DNA of 64,000 bases from Eledone cirrhosa (taxonomy: Eukaryota). Where the stretch lies: NCBI GenBank assembly GCA_964016885.1, contig OZ024743.1, forward strand, positions 276,830,001 through 276,894,000, given 5' to 3'. Positions 55,717-64,000 of the stretch are shown here, in pieces. The first letter of the stretch is position 1. Every line of letters starts with the position of its first letter. Position numbers and translations under genes: made by a program. Below the pieces are notes generated by a model. That model worked only from the letters and a program-made list of their open reading frames with translations. It did no database searches and was not told the origin of the DNA.

Positions 55717-55989
55717 TATATTATACATATATAAATAATGGGAACATGAGAATTAAAATAGCAACATATGGAAATGGTAGCCACTATTCCAAATTAGAAC
55801 TCACTGTCCATTCAACGGTCACATTGGCTACATAAGATCGATTAATCAACTTTGACTGCCGCTCACCGCCTCTGGCAGACATGTTGTCAATGTGACGTCG
55901 ATAATTTCTAAACAATAAAGATAGAACGAAAACAATATAGAATAATTCTATCGCGTGTTTATAAGACTGCATGTATGTATGCATGTATG

Positions 55990-56051
<62 letters not shown>

Positions 56052-56081
56052 TGTATGTATGTATGTATGTATGTATGTATG

Positions 56082-56965
56082 TTATCTCTTTCTCTTAATT
56101 TCGAGTATATTTTTTTTGACGGGCCACCTTCCTGGTGGCAAGGTTGTAAAAGAAAAGAAATTGTCATCCCTTGAATCGCAAGAATGTTTTGCAAATTTTG
56201 AAGGTGCCAGCTATCGCAGCCATTTGTAGACTATGAAATAGGGAGCTGCGCTTTTTGTCCAGAAATCCAAGTTCAGTCATACTTTGGTCCAAGCGGGTTG
56301 GTATATAACCCGTAGCTCCAATAATGATGGGTATGAAGCTAAAGGTGTATCTTGGATACTGGATTTGTAAACTCCTCATCAATGGTCCGTAGATGTCCTC
56401 CTTCTCCTGTATTTTTCTGACAACGTTTACATCAAGTGGGCAGCTGATCTCCACAACAGAACACGTTTTCAATGTGTGGTCCGAAACAACAATATCAGGC
56501 CGGTTGTGCTTTAATTTGGTGACAGTTTTTATTTTCAGGTTCCACCAGTATTCCTTAATGCCATCTGTCTCAATATATTCTTCCTCGTTTGTTGTTAATT
56601 TTGTTTTCCGAAGTGCGTTCCAGATGGTTCTAGCTATCCCATCGTGTCTCATGGGGAGGTAGTAGCGAGATGACATTCTTTCGCAGCTGGCAACAATGTG
56701 GCTTACATCCTCGATCTTTGTTTTACATAGCCTACATTTATTGTCAGCTGCTGGCCCTCCTCTTTTGTGCAGCAGATATTTGGTAGGGAGTTCTTGTTCC
56801 TGTATTGCATAGAGATATCCCTCAAGGTGTGATGTCATAAACTTGTCGAAACTCCATGCCAGGCTTTTTGATTGGTTTATCCTCTCTATGGTCTGTGTTT
56901 TACGTCTCAAGTATCCATGCACAACTTTTTCTGTAAATTGGTCAATTTTTTTATCTTGTTTGAAC

Positions 56966-56967
<2 letters not shown>
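56082..56967 (-). mobile_element. 5'-truncated R4/Dong-like LINE in a (CATA)n microsatellite
   Basis: Uninterrupted 267-aa frame with a CCHC knuckle (CRLC...HIVASC), RHD, and PD-(D/E)xK RLE motifs (NRPDIVV...VEISCP...EKEDIY). (TATG)n flanks both sides. Confidence 0.92.
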
Positions 56968-56996
<29 letters not shown>

Positions 56997-57060
56997 TGTA
57001 TGTATGTATGTATGTATGTATGTATGTATGTATGTATGTATGTATGTATACTCACATATA

Positions 57061-57091
<31 letters not shown>

Positions 57092-57145
57092 TATATCATG
57101 TATGTATATATATATATATATGTATATATACACACACATATATAT

Positions 57146-57187
57146 ATGTGTATGTGTGTGCGCATGAGTATGTATTCGTGTGTGCGC

Positions 57188-57250
<63 letters not shown>

Positions 57251-57550
57251 TGTGTGTGTGTTTTGGTCATCCAAACACAACTAATACGAATAATACAAAA
57301 ATGGACTTGTAGAGATACATGAAGAGATAAATACAAAATTGGTGACACTCAAATGGAAAATAATACCAGAACTAATGCAATCCCTATTATATATATATAC
57401 ATATATATATCATATATATATATATATATATATATAACGAATGAAATGTGGTAGGGAACCAGATGGACCATAACGCACCAAAGTACTCAATACTTATGGT
57501 AGTAGAGTGGGTAATAGGAACGAGTAGGAGCCGTCGGGGTCCTAAACGTT

Positions 57551-57620
<70 letters not shown>

Positions 57621-57749
57621 TATATAATAGGGATTGCATTAGTTCTGGTATTATTTTCCATTTGAGTGTCACCAATTTTGTATTTATCTCTTCATGTATC
57701 TCTACAAGTCCATTTTTGTATTATTCGTATTAGTTGTGTTTGGATGACC

Positions 57750-57848
<99 letters not shown>

Positions 57849-57878
57849 ATACATACTCATGCGCACACACATACACAT
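57146..57878. repeat. Large inverted duplication enclosing a family H1 fragment
   Basis: Unique arms at about 57261-57390 and 57625-57753 are reverse complements. The match extends through (GT)n/(AC)n to GCGCATGAGTATGTATTCG / CGAATACATACTCATGCGC. Confidence 0.92.
57435..57554 (-). mobile_element. Family H1 3' end with a short inversion at the hammerhead cleavage site
   Basis: Reverse complement of the H1 tail, joined to plus-strand AGCCGTC-GGGGT-CCTAAACGTTCCTA. Confidence 0.75.
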
Positions 57879-57998
57879 GTTCTCACAGTCACATGCACAT
57901 GCGCTCCTGTGCGCGCACACACAGGCACAGACACACACACGAACACACGAACACACACACACACACATATATATGCATATATATATATTATATATATG

Positions 57999-58029
<31 letters not shown>

Positions 58030-58499
58030 TTATATATATGTATATATATTTACATATATGTATATATATATATATATATATATGTGTATGTATATGTGTA
58101 TGTCTGTGTGTCTCTGTGTGTATGTGTGTGTCTGTCTATCTGACTGTGTATCTGTGTGTGTGTTTGTGTGTGTGAACATTATCGAAGACAGTTTTGCTAA
58201 AGATGTTTAGAGTGTTGAGTGTTTTAAGTCACTCTCAACAATGTAGCAAATATTCAGCTCTGTAATAGGCCCTAAGCAGCAATCAATTAATCTGTTACGA
58301 GATATAAAAGGGTAAAGATCTAATGAAACATTACCCTTGAAATCAGAAAATAATCAACATATTTAAAAGATTTAATATTACCACCAGAGAAACCAGAAAG
58401 AAAAATAATATAATGTCCATGTCTATCAGAATCAGAAACAGGTGCATACTGTGTTAATAGGTTATTTTAGGGTCACTTTTATATATCAATTATCATTAA

Positions 58500-58820
58500 A
58501 CGTAGGAATGGCTGAATGGTTAAAATGTTCACTTAGTAATCATGAGGTCTAGGTTTTGACCCCACTGTCTGTATTTTGACCACAACATGACATCGATCTA
58601 AGCCTCGTGAGTGAAACTAGGTAGACGAAAACTGTCTGGAATCTCGTCAAATAGACTATAGCTGTAATTCAAAGGTCCATACTTGTAACATATTGTGTCA
58701 CGCTGATTCTGCTTAAAAATTACTTTAATGGTACACCTGTTTATTGAATACTCAACCACAGGAGTGGGATGTTAAGTTGATCCAGCAATAGAATGCTCAT
58801 TATCAAAACTGACGGATAAT
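58500..58820 (+). mobile_element. Degenerate tRNA-headed SINE related to family B
   Basis: TGGCTGAATGGTTAA head. Downstream AATTCAAAGG...TGTCACGCTGA shared with the 12173 copy. Confidence 0.45.
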
Positions 58821-59072
58821 CTATTATAGTAATCGAGACAATAATAAAGATTGTACTTTTCCAAAGATACCAATGATCTATGAATTCATTTTGCAATATC
58901 GTCATCAGGATTTGTATCCCTGTTCAACAGGCTGTCAAATACACGAAGGAAAGTTTGTTGACGTTTGGACACGTACTTTTATTGTAGGATCCATTCGAAT
59001 ATTTCTATGACTGGGTGAATAGGGAGCAACAGTTTTATCAATAATTACTATGAGGCATTACCATGTTTGAAG

Positions 59073-59232
59073 AGGCTGCGAATTGGCCGCGAGGTTAGAA
59101 TCTCGGTTAAAATGCTTTGTGCTATTCATTCTGGCTCTACTAGCTCTGAGTTCAAATCCCGCTGAAACCAAATTTGCCTTTTATCCTTTTGAGGTCGATA
59201 ATTAAAATACCATTCTAATACTGGGGTCGATT
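59073..59232 (+). mobile_element. SINE family A
   Basis: GAGTTCAAATCCC...TTTGCCTTTTATCCTTTTGAGGTCGATAA. Confidence 0.7.
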
Positions 59233-60244
59233 CTTTCACTATGTCTCTCCCTTACTTTCTCCCAATCTCTCTCTCTTTCGCCTCTTTCACACACACTCTC
59301 TTTCTCTATCTATCTACCTATGTTTCTGTCTCCTTCTCTGGGAGAAATCGGTTGTGTTCAGGTCTGGAGAGAGACGGTCTCAGCGAGGTTTAAATGTCAC
59401 GACAGCGCTGCTTACCAACCTATCAGGAGTTTTGATTAACTATAAGAGTTTGAGGATCTTTTTAATTGTGTGTGACAATATCAGAGCCTTCAATACACAA
59501 GAAGTCTCTTATCAGAGATATAAAAGTATATGGTTTAAATTAAGCCGTATGAGATTTAATAACGTACCAGTTGTGCAGTAAGGCAATTAAATAAACACAG
59601 AGCAGTCTTTCAAAGCAATTGAGACATCTGTTGTGAAATATATGGCAAATAAAGAGCAGTTATAACACTGTTTTATACAGCTTTCTTTATTAAATACATC
59701 ACATGCTCCCGTATCATCACGAAAGGACTTGATAATATTTGATAGTACTTACCAGGAGAACCATTTTTTCTGAGAATAAATATGAATTTATTAGCCAATA
59801 AGCTACAATGACATAGGTAACAAACGTTTCGAGGCAATGTCCTTTTAAAATGTTTGATATCTATATTGGTATGAAACTCGAGTCACTTGAGCTATTGTAG
59901 CTTTTCGGTTAATATATGCTATTTATACTTTGTGCTACGTATTGAGTTCTATTTCCCCTGTTCAAACTTCAACTGGGCATTTTATATTAGCGAAAATTTT
60001 AGTAACGCAGATCTAAGTCAAGCTGTTAACACAAATAGTTAATTTCCATGACGCGTTAATTGTTCTTTTCTTTCAGTTGTGTCATGCCAATGCTTATAAC
60101 CTCTGATTGAGTCGTGGAGGAGCCTTAAGGATATAGGGTTATGCCCTGTACATTTAAACATGGCAAGCGCATCATTCACCAGGTTTGAGCACAGTCGATT
60201 TCTTTCAAAGAGATAGAGAGAGAGAGAGGAGGACAGGGGAAGAT

Positions 60245-60635
60245 CCAGTACATTACTAGTACTTTATTTTATCGACCCCGTAAGGATGAAAGGCAAAACT
60301 AAACGGGATTTGAACTCAGATCGCAAAGGGCCGTAACTCTATCTCTATGCTACAAAGCATGGCGTCCGACCCTCTACCGATACTGCCAATCCACCGTCCT
60401 CACAAACACACATTAATAATGGTTTCTTATATAGGCACAAGGCCTGCAATTTTGGGGGAGGGGAAAGTCGATTAAATCGACCCCAGTGCGTGACTGGTAC
60501 TTTATTTTATCGACCGCGTAAGGATGAAAGACAAAGTTAACCTCGGCGGGATTTGAACTCAGATCATAAAGGGCCGTAACTCTATGTTGCAAAGCATGGT
60601 TCCGAACCTCTAGCGATACTGCCCATCCACCGCCT
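60245..60635 (-). mobile_element. Two tandem SINE family A copies
   Basis: Copies at 60245-60400 and 60421-60635. The second has a TSD-like ACAAAC(A/G)CACAT(T/A)AATAAT at 60402-60420 and 60636-60654. Confidence 0.88.
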
Positions 60636-60780
60636 ACAAACGCACATAAATAATAAAGACACGCACACATACATACAATATATACATATATATACACATA
60701 CAGGCCGCGCACAAATACGAAAAGTAAAATTGTTGACCTTCCATGAAACATATCTTAAAGCCAAATCAATAGAAAGCTTT

Positions 60781-61060
60781 ACTCTCTCTCTCCATCTTTC
60801 TCTCTCTCACTCCCTCCCTCTCTCTGTCACTCACTCCCACTCTCTCTCACTATCCCTTTCTCTCTCACTCTTTTCCTGTCTTTCTCTTAATCTCTCTGAT
60901 TCTTCTCGATTCTCTCTCCCCTACTCCCAATCTCTCCCATTCTATCACTCTCTCCTCTTCTTTGTATGTGTCTATCGATAATTCTTCTCTGCTTCTCTCT
61001 CTCCAGCTCTCACTTTCTTTTGCTTTCTCTCACTATTCCTCCTTCTTTCATATTTTCCCG

Positions 61061-61142
<82 letters not shown>

Positions 61143-62000
61143 CCTCCCTCCCTTTTCATTCTTTGTTTCTCTCCATCTATTATGTCATCAAGTATGAAAT
61201 TTCTAGAAATTTGTAGAAATAAAACAAACTCCTACAAATTTCATACTTTACGGCTCAATATTTATCTTTCTTTCTTTCTTCCTCCTCTCCCTCTTTCTCT
61301 CTCTGATTATCACTACTCTCCCCCCAATCCCCCCCTACACACCCACTGTTCGCTCTCTCACTCACATTTCCTTTCCTATCTCCCCCATCTTATAAGCGAC
61401 TTCTTCCCCCACGCTTACTTCTCTGTTCCACCCACTTTCTCACACTTCCACCTCTACCCCTCCTTATCTGTCTACACACTTTCTCCCTCTCATCCACTAT
61501 TCCTCTCTCGCTGTCTACTACTACTTTCTACCATCTTTATCTCTTTCTTACTTTCCCCCTCTCTCTCTTCCATATATCTGTTCTCCTTCTCTCTCCCTTC
61601 ACATTCTGCCCCTTCCTCCTCTTCTTTTTCTCCCCCTCTCTCTCTCTTCTATATCCTGTTCTCTTTTTCTCTCTCTCTTCTCTTTCTGCCCCTGTCTCCT
61701 CTTCCTACTCCCTCCTCTCTCTCCTCTACTCTGTTCTCTTTTTCTCCCTCTTCACTTTCTGCCCATTCATCCTCTTCTTATTCTCCCTCTCTCTCCTCTC
61801 TCTTTCTCTCTTCTATATTCAGTTCTCCTTTCCTCTCTCTTCACTTTCTGCTCCTTCCCCGTTCATTTTCTCCCGCCTCTCTCTCTTCCACATTTGTTCT
61901 CTGTTTCTCTTCCTTCATTTTCTACTCATCTCTCCTTTTCTTCCTCTCCCCTCTCTCTCCCATTCCCACACTCTCCCCTTCAGCTCCCCCTCTCTATCTA
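60781..62000 (+). repeat. About 1.2-kb cryptic polypyrimidine tract
   Basis: Strongly C/T-biased, including a pure (CT)n at about 61066-61140. Confidence 0.9.
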
Positions 62001-62156
62001 AACAGGTCACAAATATGCAGTATTAAACAAGGCGAGAGTCTTAATATAAATTCACAATTACCTTTAGACAAGATGAATTAGAAATAAATTTCATGATTAA
62101 ATTGTTTAGAAATACAGGGAAAATGACAACAAACTATCACCAGATACAAATTACAC

Positions 62157-62438
62157 TTGCTGCTGCTGCTGTTGTTGTTGTTGTTGTTGTTGGTCTTGTT
62201 GGTCTTGTTGTTGGCTGATGTTGTTATTGGTATTGTTGTTGTTGTTGTTGTTGGTGGTGTTGGTGTTGTTGTTGGTGGTGGTGGTGTTGTTGTTGGTGGT
62301 GGTGTTGTTGTTGGCTGTTGTTGTTGGTCTTGCTGGTGTTGTTGGTGTTTTTGTTGTTGTTGTTGTTGTTGGCTGTTGTTGTTGGTTTGTTGTTGTTGTT
62401 GGTGGTGTTGTTGTTGGTGGTGTTGTTGTTGTTGTTGG

Positions 62439-62469
<31 letters not shown>

Positions 62470-63652
62470 GGTCTTGTTGGTGTTGTTGTTGGCTGTTGTT
62501 GTTATTGGTATTGTTGTTGTTGTTGTTGTTGGTGGTGGTGGTGTTGTTGTTGGTGGTGGTGTTGTTGTTGGCTGTTGTTGGTCTTGCTGGTGTTGGTGTT
62601 TTTGTTGTTGTTGTTGTTGTTGGCTGTTGTTGTTGGTATTGTTGTTGTTTTTCTTGGTAGTGTTGTTGTTGTTGTTGTTGGCTGTTGTTGTTGTTGTTGG
62701 TGGTGGTGTTGTTGGTGGTGTTGTTGTTGTTCTTGGTGGTGTTGTTGTTGTTGGTGGTGTTGTTGGTCTTGTTGGTGTTGTTGTTGGCTGTTGTTGTTAT
62801 TGGTATTGTTGTTGTTGTTGGTGGTGGTGTTGTTGTTGTTATTGGTGGTGGTGGTCTTGTTGGTGTTGTTGTTGGCTGTTGTTGTTATTGGTATTGTTGT
62901 TGTTGTTGTTGGTGGTGGTGTTTTTGTTGTTGTTGTTGTTGTTGTTGTTGTTGCTGTTGTTGTTGTTGTTGTTGTTGTTGGCTGTTGTTGTTGGTATTGT
63001 TGTAGTTGGTGGTGGGTTTGTTGTTGTTAGCTGTTGTTGTTGTTGGTCTTGCTGCTGCTGTTGTTGTTGTTGTTGTTGTTGTTGTTGCTGTTGTTATTGT
63101 GTTATTGTTGTTGTTGCTGTTGTTGTTGTTGTTATTGCTGTTGTTGTTGTTGTTGGTCGTGGTGGTATTGCTGTTGCTTTTGTTGTTGTTGTTGGTGGTG
63201 GTGGTGTTGTTGTTACTGTTGTTCTTGCTACTGTTGTTGCTGTTGTTGTTGTTGTTGTTGCTGTTGTTGTTGCTGTTGTTGTTGGAGTTGTCGTTGTTGT
63301 TGTTGATCTTGTCGCTGTTGTTCTTGCTGCTGTTGTTATTGCAGTCGTTGTTGTTGTTGTTGCTGTTGTTGTTGTTGTTGTTGTTGTTGTTGCTGCTGTG
63401 GCTGTTATTGGAGCTGTCGTTGTAGTTGGTGTTGTTGTTGCTTTTATTGCTGCTGCTGTTGTTTCTGTTGTCATTGTTAGTGTAGTTGCCATCGTCGTCG
63501 TCGTCGTTGTTCTTATTATTGGTGGTGATGCTGGTGTTGTTGTAATTGGTATTGTGGTTGTTGATGATAGTAATATTCGTGTTGTTATTGTTTTAGGTAC
63601 TGTGTTGTTGTTGCTGTTATTGGCGTTGTGTTGTTATTGTTATTGCTGTTGT
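62157..63652. repeat. About 1.5-kb degenerate (GTT)n array
   Basis: GTT with GGT/GCT/ATT/CTT variants and recurring higher-order blocks. Confidence 0.95.
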
Positions 63653-63668
63653 TTTTTTTTTTTCTTAC

Positions 63669-63813
63669 CGCATGCGCCTGAGGATTACCCTCAGTAGCGC
63701 TAGACTGGCGTGTGGGAGACACACGAGTTCATCCATGCTGGAGCCGAGTTGGTGGTGATAACAATCCACCATCAAGGCCGTACATCTCATCCTAAGATGT
63801 TCGGAGGATTCTT
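63669..63813 (-). CDS. Candidate internal host coding exon (145 nt), product unknown
   Basis: Unique GC-richer island bounded by CAG and CG|GTAAGA. Only one frame is open: ESSEHLRMRCTALMVDCYHHQLGSSMDELVCLPHASLALLRVILRRM. Confidence 0.5.
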
Positions 63814-64000
63814 CTGTTGCTGTTGCTGTTATTGATGTTGTTGTTGTTATTGTTATTGTTGTTTTAGTGGTGTTGTTCATTTTGTCGTTATTGCAATTGT
63901 TTGGGTGTTGTTGTTACTGATTTTTTTTTAGATTGGTTTGTTACTACTCTTGTTATTGTTTTGTTGTTGTAAAGCCGCGTGGCTCACTGGTTAGAGTGTC

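Noticed and set aside
62000-62080. Plus-strand splice acceptor (AACAG|GTCAC) after the polypyrimidine tract
   Set aside because: No downstream donor or credible exon frame was found.

Overview
AT-rich, microsatellite-saturated eukaryotic DNA. The repeat repertoire suggests an intronic or intergenic region of a coleoid cephalopod, probably Octopus; this is an inference. Almost all ORFs in the track are translations of (TA)n, (CA)n, (GA)n, (GTT)n and similar repeats. Recognisable coding remnants come from mobile elements: three Penelope-like elements (PLEs), two R4/Dong-like restriction-endonuclease LINEs, several RTE LINEs, a CR1/L2-like 3' end and two mariner transposons. There are also non-autonomous Helitrons, hAT and pogo-like MITEs, and many tRNA-derived SINEs. 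Two unique islands may be host exons on the minus strand. The main unexplained signal is about a dozen type I hammerhead ribozyme motifs from at least eight sequence families, several with a compensatory U3-A8 core. They lie in short unique islands next to (TA)n tracts, often as fold-back inverted repeats whose turning points fall in or next to ribozyme stems. All folds and translations were done by eye and need computational and biochemical confirmation.
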